Shown: positions 8,431-19,002 of the stretch, in pieces
Numbering within the stretch: the stretch's first letter is position 1
Layout: every line of letters begins with the position of its first letter
DNA from: Candidatus Omnitrophota bacterium
Lineage (GTDB): Bacteria; Omnitrophota; Gorgyraeia; JABMRG01; JAFGKX01
Length of the DNA stretch: 64,000 nucleotides
NCBI GenBank assembly: GCA_043797125.1
Contig: JAZDPX010000017.1
Coordinates: 23,340-87,339, forward strand
Reading direction: 5' to 3'
Made by a program: the position numbers and the translations under genes
Notes under the pieces: model-generated
Databases searched by the model: none
Told to the model about the DNA's origin: nothing
The model's input: the letters and a program-made list of their open reading frames with translations, nothing else

Positions 8431-11073
8431 ATGTCAAACAGGAAAAGAGCTGCTTTTAAAAAATTCATTTATTTTAATATTATAGTAGCTCTTTTTTTAT
8501 TTACCAGCCCTCTAAGCGCCGCGGAAAAACTCTCTATCGCTGGAAACGCAGGCTTGTTATCAATTGGCGCTGAGAGTTTTTTGCTCGATGACGGCCTGAA
8601 AGTAATCCTAAAAAAAGATTCCCGCACACCGACAATAGCATTGACGCTTTTAGTTGGAACAGGTTCAGCTACAGAAGGGGAGTATTCAGGCACGGGTATC
8701 ACGCATTTCATCGAGCATATGATTTTTAAAGGCACAGCAGATTACTCAGCTTTAGCTATAGAAAACCAATTTAAGGCTCTTGGAGCCGAAACAAATGCTT
8801 TTACCGGATATGATTATACATGTTTCAAACTGGAAGCGCCTGCTGCTTCATTAGGGCAACTGCTGCATTTACTATCTATTATAGTTTCATCGCCTTTGTT
8901 TCCTGAAGAAGAATTTCAACGCGAGAAGCAGGTGATTTTAAGAGAAATTGACATGGGTGACGATGACCCGGATAAGGTATTATATAAATTATTATCTCAA
9001 ACAATGTACGCGCAGCATCCATACAAAAATCCTGTAATAGGCTTTAGCGAACTTTTTCAGCAGCTCCAGATAGATGACCTGCGCAATTATTACAAAAAAT
9101 TTTATGTGCCCAATAATATGGTTATCTCTGTTGTCGGCGATATAGATACGCCTGTCGTGTTGCAGACGATTAAAGATACATTCGGGGCATTAAAAAGGTC
9201 TAAATTTAGTTGCCCTGTAGTCGCGCAGGAGCCCCACCAGCTTTCAAGCAGGCGGCTTTATAATAATTTTGATGTTTCGCGCCCGATGCTGTTGATAGGA
9301 TTTCATTCCGTGCCGATAAACAGCGATGAGCTGTACTCACTTGACGCCTTGGCCAACATATTGGGTTCCGGTAAAACTTCTCGCCTGTACAAGGCCCTGT
9401 ATGATGATAAAGCCCTTGTGCATTCCATAGTTTGTTATAATTACACGCCAAGAGACCCGGGGTTTTTTGTCATTTCCGCTATTTTACAGTCAAACTCCAT
9501 TAACAAGACGGTTGACGCCATAAAAGAAGAAATTGAAAAGATAAAACAATCGCTGCCGAAGCCAGGCGAGCTCGATAAGACAAAGGCGCAGGTATTAAGT
9601 TCATATCTAAACGGGTTAGAGACACAGCTCGGAAAAGCTGATGCATTGGCTACAAGTTTTGCTTTAACAGGAGACCTGGATTTTGCAGGAAAATACGTTA
9701 AAGGTATAGAATGCGTGACTGTTGACGATATATCAAAAGTCGCAAATAAATATCTTACTGAAGAAAATATGACAATTGCGGCCTTATTGCCTGAAAATTA
9801 TATTGACCAAGACCAGCCCTCTCAGCCAATAGAAGCAGAAAAGTTCAGCACCGTAAAAGAAACACTGAATAACGGGCTTGTGGTGCTTATAACCGAAAAT
9901 CACGCTATTCCTATGTGTTCAGCGGTTGTATCAATCAAAGGCGGCTTGCGCGCTGAAAACGAGGCAAATAACGGCATTTTAAATTTAGCGTCTTCCTTAT
10001 TATTAAAAGGCACTGCCCGGTACAATAAACAGCAAATAGCTGAACAGCTGGAATCAGAAGGCGCTGACCTTACGCCGTATTCCGGCAATAACAGCTTTGG
10101 CTTAAGCATGACCTTTATGAGCGAAGATTTAGAAAAGATGCTCACTCTTTTATCAGCCGTATTGTTACAGTTGTCATTTCCCGATAACGAGTTAGAGCTG
10201 CTAAGAAAAGATGCAATCGCTGAGCTAGACCTGCTAAATGACGATATTTTCCAGTATACAAATATACGGCTTAGAAAATTACTTTTCCAGAATCATCCAT
10301 ACGCATATATTTCTAGCGGAAATAAAGATGCGCTTGCAAACATTAAAAAAGATGGCATAGTTGAATTTTATAAAAAGCTGTGTGTCGCTAAAAATGCGGT
10401 GCTTTCTATCTGCGGAGACATAGACCCAAAGGCAGCCTTAGATATTATAAAAGGCAAATTCAACGATATGCCGCAAGGCGAAGCTTTTCAGCCCGACGTG
10501 TTTAGCGCAGATTCCCCGAAGCTGCCGTTAAAGCAAATAGAAAATGTTGATAAAAAGCAGGCCGTGGTAATGATAGGTTTTGAAGGCGCCAGCATGTATA
10601 ACAATGACCGGCATCCATTGCAGGTGCTTTCATCAATTTTTTCAGGCTCATCGGGCAGGTTGTATTCGCAGATAAGGCAAAAGGAAGGCCTCGCATATAC
10701 GCTTGGCACATTCGGGATGGTTGGCCTGGACAAGGGCATGTTTGTTTTTTATGCCGCGACAACGCCTGAAAACGCAGATAAGGTATCGAAAAGCATAGTT
10801 TCCCAAATTGAGCAGATAAAATCAGAAAAGCTTGAGGATGAAGAAATTTCCGCTGCAAAGAAAATACTTATCACCAAACAGCAGTTATCGCTGCAGACCA
10901 ACAGTTCCCTTGCCATGCAATTAGGGCTTGATGAATTGTACGGTTTAGGCTATGATTATTACAAGCAATATACAGAAAGAATAAATTCTGTCACAGAAAA
11001 GGACGTCAAGGCGGCATGTAAAAAGTATTTTAATTTAAGTAAGTCGGTAACGGTTATAACAAAACCGAAATAA
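8431..11073 (+). CDS. M16 (pitrilysin-family) zinc peptidase, exported, two-lobed
   Basis: Signal peptide, HFIEHMIFKGT (HxxEH), NAFT; second half lacks the zinc motif; IRQKEGLAY. Confidence 0.9.
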   Translation: MSNRKRAAFKKFIYFNIIVALFLFTSPLSAAEKLSIAGNAGLLSIGAESFLLDDGLKVILKKDSRTPTIALTLLVGTGSATEGEYSGTGITHFIEHMIFKGTADYSALAIENQFKALGAETNAFTGYDYTCFKLEAPAASLGQLLHLLSIIVSSPLFPEEEFQREKQVILREIDMGDDDPDKVLYKLLSQTMYAQHPYKNPVIGFSELFQQLQIDDLRNYYKKFYVPNNMVISVVGDIDTPVVLQTIKDTFGALKRSKFSCPVVAQEPHQLSSRRLYNNFDVSRPMLLIGFHSVPINSDELYSLDALANILGSGKTSRLYKALYDDKALVHSIVCYNYTPRDPGFFVISAILQSNSINKTVDAIKEEIEKIKQSLPKPGELDKTKAQVLSSYLNGLETQLGKADALATSFALTGDLDFAGKYVKGIECVTVDDISKVANKYLTEENMTIAALLPENYIDQDQPSQPIEAEKFSTVKETLNNGLVVLITENHAIPMCSAVVSIKGGLRAENEANNGILNLASSLLLKGTARYNKQQIAEQLESEGADLTPYSGNNSFGLSMTFMSEDLEKMLTLLSAVLLQLSFPDNELELLRKDAIAELDLLNDDIFQYTNIRLRKLLFQNHPYAYISSGNKDALANIKKDGIVEFYKKLCVAKNAVLSICGDIDPKAALDIIKGKFNDMPQGEAFQPDVFSADSPKLPLKQIENVDKKQAVVMIGFEGASMYNNDRHPLQVLSSIFSGSSGRLYSQIRQKEGLAYTLGTFGMVGLDKGMFVFYAATTPENADKVSKSIVSQIEQIKSEKLEDEEISAAKKILITKQQLSLQTNSSLAMQLGLDELYGLGYDYYKQYTERINSVTEKDVKAACKKYFNLSKSVTVITKPK

Positions 11074-11942
11074 TGCACATGCGTAAAACACCCGATAACT
11101 TTTGCGGCTTGGATAAAAGGTATTCTGAATACGGCAAATCAAAGGCCGTTATTATGTCCATTCCCTATGAATTTACTACAACATATATCAAGGGGACAAG
11201 CAAGGCTCCTAAGGCGATAATAGAGGCGTCAAAGTATTTGGAGCTTTATGACGAAGAACTTGATCGGGTGATATCTGAAATAGGCATAGCCACGTTAGCG
11301 CCTTATAAGCCGCCCATTCAGCCTAAGGCCATGGTTAGCGGCGTAAAAAAGCATTGCCTTAAGGTTATAAATGACGGCAAGTTTCCTTTGGTTATCGGAG
11401 GCGAACATTCTATATCCGTTGGTTTTCTTTTAGCGTTAAAGGAAAAATACCCTGATATTACAGTCTTGCAGTTTGACGCTCACGCTGACCTGAAAGACAA
11501 ATACAAGGGCTCAGAGTATAATCACGGTTGTGTAATGGCCAGGATCAGGCAGCATTGCGATGCTGTCCAGGTAGGCATAAGGAGCTTGTCAGTCGAGGAG
11601 GCCGAATCTATCAGGGCAAAAAAGTACAAGATACTGTGGGCGATTGATAAGCTTAACATTAACAATTGGGTAAATGAAATTTTAGACTCACTCGGTAAAA
11701 ATGTTTTTATAACTTTCGACCTTGACGTGTTTGACCCGAGCCTGATCCCGTCATTAGGCACTCCGGAGCCGGGGGGCTTAAGCTGGGAAGATGTTTTATT
11801 TATAACAAAGGCTGTTTTTAAGCAAAAGAATGTTGTGGGGTTTGATGTTGTCGAGTTATGTCCGAATCCGGCTAATAAGTCTTCGGATTATATAACCGCA
11901 AAATTAATCTATAAAATGCTTGGATATAAATTTTTCAAATGA
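11073..11942 (+). CDS. speB: Agmatinase
   Basis: GGEHS, FDAHAD, DLDVFDPS, GTPEPGG ureohydrolase motifs; adjacent to arginine decarboxylase. Confidence 0.9.
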   Translation: MHMRKTPDNFCGLDKRYSEYGKSKAVIMSIPYEFTTTYIKGTSKAPKAIIEASKYLELYDEELDRVISEIGIATLAPYKPPIQPKAMVSGVKKHCLKVINDGKFPLVIGGEHSISVGFLLALKEKYPDITVLQFDAHADLKDKYKGSEYNHGCVMARIRQHCDAVQVGIRSLSVEEAESIRAKKYKILWAIDKLNINNWVNEILDSLGKNVFITFDLDVFDPSLIPSLGTPEPGGLSWEDVLFITKAVFKQKNVVGFDVVELCPNPANKSSDYITAKLIYKMLGYKFFK

Positions 11943-12481
11943 TACCGTCAAAAATATTTCTTACAAAAGGATTAGGAGTTCACAAGGACAAATTGGCTTC
12001 TTTTGAGGCAGCCTTGCGAAGCGCAGGAATTCACAGGTGTAACTTAGTCTGCGTATCGAGTATCTTTCCGCCCAATTGCAAGACTATAAGCAGGGAAGAA
12101 GGACTAAAACTCCTTAGGCCGGGGGAGATCACCTACATAGTCTTGTCTAAAAACGAAACCTGCGAGCCAAACAGGTTAATTTCCGCGGCCATAGGTTTCG
12201 CAAAGACAAGCGACCCGAATCTATACGGCTATATTTCTGAACACCACGCGTACGGAGAAGTTGCTAAAAAATCCGGCGAGTATGCCGAAGACCTGGCTGC
12301 GACAATGTTGGCTACTACTCTCGGAGTGCAATTTAATCCTGACACTGCATGGGATGAAAGAAAACAAGAATATATCGCCAGCGGTTATATAACAAGGACC
12401 ACAAATATCTGCCAGTCTACAGAGGGGAACAAAGATGGGCTGTGGACAACGGTGCTTGCCGCCGCTGTTTTTATAGAATAA
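11939..12481 (+). CDS. pdaD: Pyruvoyl-dependent arginine decarboxylase
   Basis: SFEAALRSAGI..NLVCVSSIFP (Ser-Ser self-cleavage site), GYISEH. Confidence 0.88.
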   Translation: MIPSKIFLTKGLGVHKDKLASFEAALRSAGIHRCNLVCVSSIFPPNCKTISREEGLKLLRPGEITYIVLSKNETCEPNRLISAAIGFAKTSDPNLYGYISEHHAYGEVAKKSGEYAEDLAATMLATTLGVQFNPDTAWDERKQEYIASGYITRTTNICQSTEGNKDGLWTTVLAAAVFIE

Positions 12482-12494
12482 CTTTAAGGACAAA

Positions 12495-13304
12495 ATGATA
12501 CGCCTGCCTCAAGTAGCCGGGCAATTTTATCCCGGCACAGAATCATCCTTAAGGCAAGAGGTGCAGCGTTTATTAACCATCGGCGCAAGCCCTGCCAAGG
12601 AAAAGGCATTGGGTATCATAGCGCCTCACGCCGGCTTTATGTATTCAGGCGCTGTAGCAGGACATGTTTATTCCGCGATACAGGTTCCCGGCACGATATT
12701 TATTTTGGGCCCTAACCATACAGGTATCGGTAAAAGATTTTCGTTGCATAAACAAGGCCATTGGCGCACGCCTCTCGGCGATGTTGAAGTTGACAGCGAA
12801 ATCGCCCAGCAATTACTTAAAAGCTGCAAGTACTTAGACGATGATACGGCTGCGCACACATATGAACACTGCCTTGAAACCCAGCTTCCGTTTTTGCAGT
12901 ATATAAAAAGCGATTTCAAGATAGTTCCCATTGTTTTATCCGCTTATAATAGCGATGCGTACCGAAGCTTAGGCGAGGCAATTGCCTCTGTTGCCAAAAA
13001 TTTAAAAAAGGATTTTTTAATTATAGCAAGCAGCGACATGTCGCATTACGAGGGACAAAAAGATGCGCAGAAAAAAGATAAAAAGGCTATAGACGCAATA
13101 TTAAAATTGGATGAACTGCAGCTTATTAACTGCGTTGAAGGCTTAAATATAACGATGTGCGGCTATATACCTGCGGCAATTATGCTTATAGCCGCAAAGC
13201 TTCTGGGCGCAAAAGAGGCACGCCTTGTTAAATATCAAACAAGCGCTGATGTAACGGGAGATTATAACGCAGTAGTAGGATACGCGGGAGTGATTATAAC
13301 ATGA
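12495..13304 (+). CDS. amrB: MEMO1-family protein (AmmeMemoRadiSam protein B)
   Basis: R.PQVAGQFYP, PHAGFMYSG, GPNH, EH..E.QLPFLQ, SSDMSHY, MCG, VVGYA. Confidence 0.9.
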   Translation: MIRLPQVAGQFYPGTESSLRQEVQRLLTIGASPAKEKALGIIAPHAGFMYSGAVAGHVYSAIQVPGTIFILGPNHTGIGKRFSLHKQGHWRTPLGDVEVDSEIAQQLLKSCKYLDDDTAAHTYEHCLETQLPFLQYIKSDFKIVPIVLSAYNSDAYRSLGEAIASVAKNLKKDFLIIASSDMSHYEGQKDAQKKDKKAIDAILKLDELQLINCVEGLNITMCGYIPAAIMLIAAKLLGAKEARLVKYQTSADVTGDYNAVVGYAGVIIT

Positions 13305-14095
13305 TAAAACCACCTGATAGAAAGATTACGCTGGTATTGGGCGGCGGTTCAGCAAGGGGTCTGGCGCATATAGGCCTCTTGAAGGTGCTGGACAGGGAAA
13401 AAATTCCTATAGACTTAATCGTCGGCACAAGCATCGGCGCTTTAGTCGGCGCGACATACGCGCTTGGACTTGACCTTGCAAAAACAGAAAAGATAGCGCT
13501 AAGGACCAAGTGGTGGCATATAACAGATTTCGTTACATCCAAGATAGGCCTGCTTAAAGGCAATAACCTTGCTAATGTAATAAATGAAGCCGTAGAAAAT
13601 AAAAATTTTGAAGATGCAAAAATTCCATTAGCAGTAGTTACAACAGATATCGAAAGAGGCGACCGCGTTGTGCTCACATCGGGCAATTTGACAGACGCGA
13701 TAAGGGCTAGCTGCTCCCTGCCCGGGATATTCGTACCTATAAGGATAAACGACAGGTTGCTTGTCGACGGCGGGCTTATGGAATCCGTCCCTGTAAAGGC
13801 CGCGCAGCAGCTGGGCGCTACTTTCACTATAGCCTGCGATGTAGGATTTTGCGTAAAAAAAGAAAAGATTACAAACCTGTTCCAGATGATATTTCAATCT
13901 ATACAAATAGCGGGAAACGAGCTTAACAAGCTTCAGGCAAAGCCCGCTGATATAACAATTATGCCTAAACTGCCTAATGATATAGACCAGATGGCTTTTG
14001 ATAAGGCGGAATTGATTATTTATAAAGGTGAAGATGCGGCAGAGCAGGCAATCCCGTTAATTAGAAACAAACTGCAAGAGGCTGGGCTTATATGA
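13301..14095 (+). CDS. Patatin-like phospholipase
   Basis: GGGSARG, GTSIG, DGG motifs. Confidence 0.92.
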   Translation: MIKPPDRKITLVLGGGSARGLAHIGLLKVLDREKIPIDLIVGTSIGALVGATYALGLDLAKTEKIALRTKWWHITDFVTSKIGLLKGNNLANVINEAVENKNFEDAKIPLAVVTTDIERGDRVVLTSGNLTDAIRASCSLPGIFVPIRINDRLLVDGGLMESVPVKAAQQLGATFTIACDVGFCVKKEKITNLFQMIFQSIQIAGNELNKLQAKPADITIMPKLPNDIDQMAFDKAELIIYKGEDAAEQAIPLIRNKLQEAGLI

Positions 14096-15126
14096 ACTTT
14101 CTAACCTTATTTCTTATCGTAATGTCGGTTATTATTGTCGCTCTGCTTGTGTTTTTGATTTATAAGCTTCGTGCCAATAAAGGCAAAGGGCCTATTAGTG
14201 AGGAGTTTTTGACAAGCATATCGGATTTTGGCGCGTTAAAGACTTTGTTAGCTTCAGTAGAAACAAACCAAAAACTTCATAGTCAGCTCATATATGAGTT
14301 AAAAGGCCTTGTGTCAAGCGACTCAAAGACACAAGGCCGCTTGCAGGAACATATGGAGCAGGCTTTAAAAGGAATAGATAATCTACGCCAATCCAACGAG
14401 GCATTCCAGCAGAGAGAGCGTGAAAACAGGGAATCTCTAAGAAGGATGGAAACTGTCATAGCTGGGACAAAATTAAAAGGCATGGCAGGTGAAAATATTT
14501 TAAAAGAGGTCTTGAGCTCATTCCCTCCGAAAATGGTGCAGCCAAACATAAAGATTAAGGGAAAAGAAGTCGAGTTCGGGCTTATACTTGCGAACAACAA
14601 AATAATGCCCATCGATTCAAAGTGGCCGTCAACAGAGCTTCTTGACGAATTTTCGAAAGAAGAGGACCATGTTCAAAAGGAAAGGCTATCTAATCAGATA
14701 CAAAAAGAGGTTATACGGCGCGTAACCGAGATAAGGCAATACATAGACCCCGAGACAACAACGCCGTGGGCTATAGCCGCCATACCGGATTCCGCTTATA
14801 TGATTTGCAAAAGCGCGCATTTTGACGCGTATAAGCAAAATGTCATATTAATTTCATACAGCATGATAGCTCCGTATCTGTTAATGTTTTTCAGCCTGCA
14901 CCTTCAGTACAGCGGCACGGTTGACCTTGATAACCTGACCCATTACATACTTGATATAAAAAGGCAGATTGAGAAGATGTCGGAAATACTGGAAAACAAG
15001 ATATACCGCGCTTCAACAATGATTATAAACGCTTCAGACGAATACCGTCAATTATTAGGCTCCGTAAAGGGGTCTTTATCGGCGCTACAGACCCAAGGCG
15101 CATTAAAAGAAAATAATGTAAAATAG
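14092..15126 (+). CDS. rmuC: RmuC-family DNA recombination protein
   Basis: N-terminal TM, coiled coil, G..GE..L, PIDSKWP, YIDP.TT motifs. Confidence 0.75.
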   Translation: MNFLTLFLIVMSVIIVALLVFLIYKLRANKGKGPISEEFLTSISDFGALKTLLASVETNQKLHSQLIYELKGLVSSDSKTQGRLQEHMEQALKGIDNLRQSNEAFQQRERENRESLRRMETVIAGTKLKGMAGENILKEVLSSFPPKMVQPNIKIKGKEVEFGLILANNKIMPIDSKWPSTELLDEFSKEEDHVQKERLSNQIQKEVIRRVTEIRQYIDPETTTPWAIAAIPDSAYMICKSAHFDAYKQNVILISYSMIAPYLLMFFSLHLQYSGTVDLDNLTHYILDIKRQIEKMSEILENKIYRASTMIINASDEYRQLLGSVKGSLSALQTQGALKENNVK

Positions 15127-15140
15127 CATGCTTGATATTT

Positions 15141-15240
15141 ATGTATACACAGATTAGCACAGATGAAAGGATACAAGATGATCACAGATATAAAATCTGT
15201 GCTAATCTGTATCTTCTAATCTGCGATCATCTGTGTAAAA
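15141..15240. repeat. CACAGAT-type tandem-repeat hairpin element, copy 1 (copy 2 at 62638-62734)
   Basis: ACACAGATTAGCACAGAT... followed by inverted ATCTGTGCTAATCTGT...; aligns along its length with 62638-62734. Confidence 0.85.
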
Positions 15241-15267
15241 ACAAGATTTTTAGCACATTGAAAGAAA

Positions 15268-16245
15268 ATGAAAAATAAGATTTATTTGTTTTTGCGCGTT
15301 TTAGTAAGCCTGACGCTAGTCTTTATTTTGTTGTGGATGATGAGGGGCAATCTCGGGCATGTAGTCTCGACGATAAAAAACGCCGATCTGGCTTTACTTG
15401 TTTTTTCTTTCTTAATTTACGTTCTCACAATTGTCCTGATGGGAGTGCGCCTAAGAATGGTCCTGTTGGTTCAAAAAATCAATCTCACCTTAAAAGAGGT
15501 GGTATATCTTTGCTTTTTAGGGCTTTTTTTCAATAATTTTCTTCCCACGACTTTTGGAGGCGATTTAGTGAAGGCGTATTATGCCGGCAAAAAGTGCAAC
15601 AGAAAAAGCGCTGCTTTCACCGGCGTATTGATGGACAGAATACTTGCGATGCTCCCGTTTACATTTTTGCCGGTTTGCGCGCTTATCTTCACTCGCGATA
15701 AGATTGAAAATCCTGTAATTATGTACTTTATTTTAGCCGTTTTTGCGATTACTATATTCGTATTGCTGCTGCTTTTTAATAGACGCGTCGCTTCATTTTT
15801 TAAATTTTTAATCAAACCCTTCACAGGAAAACCTGTTTATCAAAAGATAATAAAGATATACGATTCCTTAAATGTTTACAGGCATCACAAGATTATTTTA
15901 GCATGGACGTTTTTAATATCTTTATCGAGCCAGGCCTTGTTTATAGTTTCGGTTTTTATATCTGCCAAGGCTATAGGAATTAATTCCATACCTTGCGGCG
16001 TATTTTTTCTGCTAGTTCCGATAGTAAGCGTTATGGGCATGCTGCCGTCTGTTAACGGGCTCGGAATACGCGAGGCGGGCTTTGTATACATGTTTAAGAG
16101 TTATGTTTCGACCAGCGTAGCTTTCGCCTTATCAATTTTGGCTTTGGCAATGCTGATCGGCGTAAGCATAATAGGGGCATTTATATATGCCTTTAAGAAA
16201 AACTTATACAGCTTCAAACCTGAAAACGAAGGAGACCTGTTATGA
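15268..16245 (+). CDS. Lysylphosphatidylglycerol synthase TM-region / flippase-like membrane protein (UPF0104)
   Basis: Multiple TMs, FNNFLPTTFGGD, DR, P.SVNGLGIRE. Confidence 0.85.
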   Translation: MKNKIYLFLRVLVSLTLVFILLWMMRGNLGHVVSTIKNADLALLVFSFLIYVLTIVLMGVRLRMVLLVQKINLTLKEVVYLCFLGLFFNNFLPTTFGGDLVKAYYAGKKCNRKSAAFTGVLMDRILAMLPFTFLPVCALIFTRDKIENPVIMYFILAVFAITIFVLLLLFNRRVASFFKFLIKPFTGKPVYQKIIKIYDSLNVYRHHKIILAWTFLISLSSQALFIVSVFISAKAIGINSIPCGVFFLLVPIVSVMGMLPSVNGLGIREAGFVYMFKSYVSTSVAFALSILALAMLIGVSIIGAFIYAFKKNLYSFKPENEGDLL

Positions 16246-16409
16246 TTGACAAAGAACTTCTTAATATACTTGCGTGCCCCGCATGCAAGGCTGATGTAAA
16301 ACTTGAGAACGAAAAAATTGTCTGCACAAAATGCAAACTGCGTTATCCGATAAAAGACGGAATTCCTATCATGCTTATTGATGAAGCTGAAGGAGGTAAG
16401 GATAGTTAA
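16242..16409 (+). CDS. Trm112-family small protein (55 aa, not in supplied ORF track)
   Basis: MIDKELLNILACPACKADV...VCTKCKLRYPIKDGIPIMLIDEA; ATGA overlap with the upstream stop. Confidence 0.9.
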   Translation: MIDKELLNILACPACKADVKLENEKIVCTKCKLRYPIKDGIPIMLIDEAEGGKDS

Positions 16410-16465
16410 TAGTCGATAGTCTATGGTCTATAGTCGATGGTCTATAGGCATTAGGAGAAGATAAA

Positions 16466-16906
16466 ATGAAGAAAATTTTAGTGATACATGGACCGAATTT
16501 AAATTTATTAGGCACGCGCGAAACTTCTGTATATGGAAATAGGACCCTTGATGATATTAACGATATGCTTAAAGACGAAGCTAAAGTGTCCGGCGTCGAG
16601 CTTGAAACATTTCAGTCAAACCATGAGGGTGAAATCGTACAAAAAATCCAGGACGCCAGAAAGAGCGAAATAGCGGCAATATTAATAAATCCAGCCGGTT
16701 ATACGCATACAAGCGTAGCCATAAGAGATGCCATAAGCGCAGTTTCAATACCCGTAATAGAAATCCATTTATCCAACATATATGCGCGCGAGGATTTCAG
16801 AAGAACTTCGCTTATATCGCCGGTATGCGTAGGCGTAATAAGCGGTTTCGGCCACCAGAGTTACCTTTTTGCCCTAAAGGCTGCCTGCGAATTAGCCAGA
16901 TTATGA
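16466..16906 (+). CDS. aroQ: Type II 3-dehydroquinate dehydratase
   Basis: [35 protein letters not shown]. Confidence 0.95.
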   Translation: MKKILVIHGPNLNLLGTRETSVYGNRTLDDINDMLKDEAKVSGVELETFQSNHEGEIVQKIQDARKSEIAAILINPAGYTHTSVAIRDAISAVSIPVIEIHLSNIYAREDFRRTSLISPVCVGVISGFGHQSYLFALKAACELARL

Positions 16907-17949
16907 CCGCCTCAATTAAAAGTGTGTGCCAAAGATTAAAGAATGATAAGCTGGATGCGTTTTTTATTTCATCCCCGGATAATGTTTCGTATTTAAGCGG
17001 CTTTAAAGGTAAGGATTCCTTTTTGCTTATCACGCACAGCAAGGACCTTTTCTTTATTACCGACCCGCGCTACAGCCACCAGGCTCAAAAAGAGCTAAAA
17101 GGCTTTGAAATTTTTTCCGAGAACCTACCAGTAGCTCGCAAGATTAAAAGCATAGTCAAAAGGTTTAATATTAGGAAGATCGGGTTTGAAGCATCGCATT
17201 TATCCTATAATAACGTAAAGAAACTGCAAGCTGCTTTTAAATCAAGCTGCAGGCTTTTGCCTTTAACCGACATAATTGAAAACTTAAGAATAATCAAGAC
17301 AAAAGATGAGATAACTTCAATTAGAAAAGCTATCTCCATAACAAAAACAGCTATCAAAAAGGCGCTAGATTACATAAGGCCTGGTATGACAGAGGCGCAG
17401 ATTGCGGCATTCCTGGAATATCAGATGAAAAAATCTGGAGCGCAAGGAGAAGCGTTTCCCACAATAGTCGCCTCAGGCGCAAATTCATGCATGCCTCATG
17501 CCGTTGTATCACACAGGAAAATAGCGCTGCATGAGCCGATTATTATCGACTGCGGATGCTGTTACAACGGTTATAATTCTGACTTGACAAGAACAGTCTT
17601 CTTGGGTAGAATAGACGCTCAATTTAAGTCTATGTATAATATAGTCAGAGACGCGCAGCTTAAGGCTATATCAAAAATCAGGCCTGGGTTAAAGGCATCA
17701 GCCATAGATAGAGCTGCAAAAGATTATATAATACAAAAAGGTTACGCTAAATTCATCACGCATTCATTAGGCCACGGCGTCGGCCTGCAGGTACACGAGG
17801 CGCCTAAAATTTCAGAAAAAAATAATTTATATTTGCGTCCCGGTATGGTTTTTACAATAGAGCCTGGCATATATGTTCCAGGCGCAGGCGGCGTAAGAAT
17901 AGAAGACATGGTTTTAGTTACAGATAAATCCCACAAGGTCCTTAGCTAA
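16903..17949 (+). CDS. Xaa-Pro aminopeptidase (M24B)
   Basis: [34 protein letters not shown]; start moved to the ATGA overlap at 16903. Confidence 0.9.
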   Translation: MTASIKSVCQRLKNDKLDAFFISSPDNVSYLSGFKGKDSFLLITHSKDLFFITDPRYSHQAQKELKGFEIFSENLPVARKIKSIVKRFNIRKIGFEASHLSYNNVKKLQAAFKSSCRLLPLTDIIENLRIIKTKDEITSIRKAISITKTAIKKALDYIRPGMTEAQIAAFLEYQMKKSGAQGEAFPTIVASGANSCMPHAVVSHRKIALHEPIIIDCGCCYNGYNSDLTRTVFLGRIDAQFKSMYNIVRDAQLKAISKIRPGLKASAIDRAAKDYIIQKGYAKFITHSLGHGVGLQVHEAPKISEKNNLYLRPGMVFTIEPGIYVPGAGGVRIEDMVLVTDKSHKVLS

Positions 17950-18506
17950 TGATAAGCACAAATCAATTCAGGCACGGATTGGCGTTCTTATACGAAGGCA
18001 AGATCTACCAGATTGTCGAATTCCAGCACATAAAACCAGGCAAAGGCGGCGCCTTTGTCAGGACAAAATTAAGAAATGTAGAAAACGGCGCTATTGTAAG
18101 CAGGACATTCGATCCTAATGACAGATTTGAGCCCGCGAATATTATGCAGCATAAGGTTCAATATCTTTACCATTCGGCAGATTCCTATTTTTTTATGGAC
18201 ACTGCAAGTTTCGAGCAAATTACTATCGAGAAAGATTTGCTGGGCGATGCGGTCAGGTTCTTAAAAGACGGCATAGAGATATTAGCTTCTTTTTGCCAGG
18301 AAAAACTTATTGGAATTGAATTACCGATAACCGTCGAAATGAAAGTTGTGCAGACCGAGCCAGGGGTGCGAGGCGACACTGCCCGCGCTGCTTATAAACC
18401 CGCGACATTGGAATCAGGCGCTGTAGTACAGGTGCCTTTGTTTATAAAGACAGACGACACAATTAAAGTAGATACGAGAACGGGCGAATACACCGGAAGA
18501 GTTTAG
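17949..18506 (+). CDS. efp: Elongation factor P
   Basis: HIKPGKGGAFVRTK, PGVRGDTA, VPLFI..VDTRTGEY. Confidence 0.95.
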   Translation: MISTNQFRHGLAFLYEGKIYQIVEFQHIKPGKGGAFVRTKLRNVENGAIVSRTFDPNDRFEPANIMQHKVQYLYHSADSYFFMDTASFEQITIEKDLLGDAVRFLKDGIEILASFCQEKLIGIELPITVEMKVVQTEPGVRGDTARAAYKPATLESGAVVQVPLFIKTDDTIKVDTRTGEYTGRV

Positions 18507-18515
18507 GGGGCAAAC

Positions 18516-18971
18516 ATGAATTTAAAAGAAATCAAAGAAATGATAACCCTGATGAATGAAAATGACTTAAACGAGATTGAGATTGAAAGGGACGGGTTGA
18601 AGATAAAGCTTAAAAAAACGCATGAACACACCTCAGAAGTGATAATGGAGCGGGTCATGCCGTCTCAAACAAGGCAGCCTCAAGCGCCTGTTGGAATTGA
18701 GAATGCCGCAAAAGAGGCTGCGGAAAAGCGTTTAGTCGAGATTAAAGCCCCAATAGTAGGCACATTTTACAGGGCGTCTTCGCCTGAAGCAGAAGCGTTT
18801 GTTGAGATTGGCCAGGAAATCGAGGTCGGCCAGGTCGTATGCATTATCGAGGCTATGAAACTGATGAATGAAATAAAGTCTGAGGTAAGAGGTAAAATCA
18901 TTGATATCCTGGCTGAAAACGCTGACCCGGTTGAATACGGGCAGATATTATTCCTAATTGAGCCGTATTAA
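18516..18971 (+). CDS. accB: Acetyl-CoA carboxylase biotin carboxyl carrier protein
   Basis: [20 protein letters not shown]. Confidence 0.95.
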   Translation: MNLKEIKEMITLMNENDLNEIEIERDGLKIKLKKTHEHTSEVIMERVMPSQTRQPQAPVGIENAAKEAAEKRLVEIKAPIVGTFYRASSPEAEAFVEIGQEIEVGQVVCIIEAMKLMNEIKSEVRGKIIDILAENADPVEYGQILFLIEPY

Positions 18972-19002
18972 ATTCAAAATTAAAAATGCAAAATGCAAAA
19001 TT

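Noticed and set aside
4885-11073. TonB receptor + TonB + M16 protease as a FusA/FusC-like protein-import system
   Set aside because: The receptor is under a B12 riboswitch, and the M16 gene is separated by repeats, a new promoter and rpsU.
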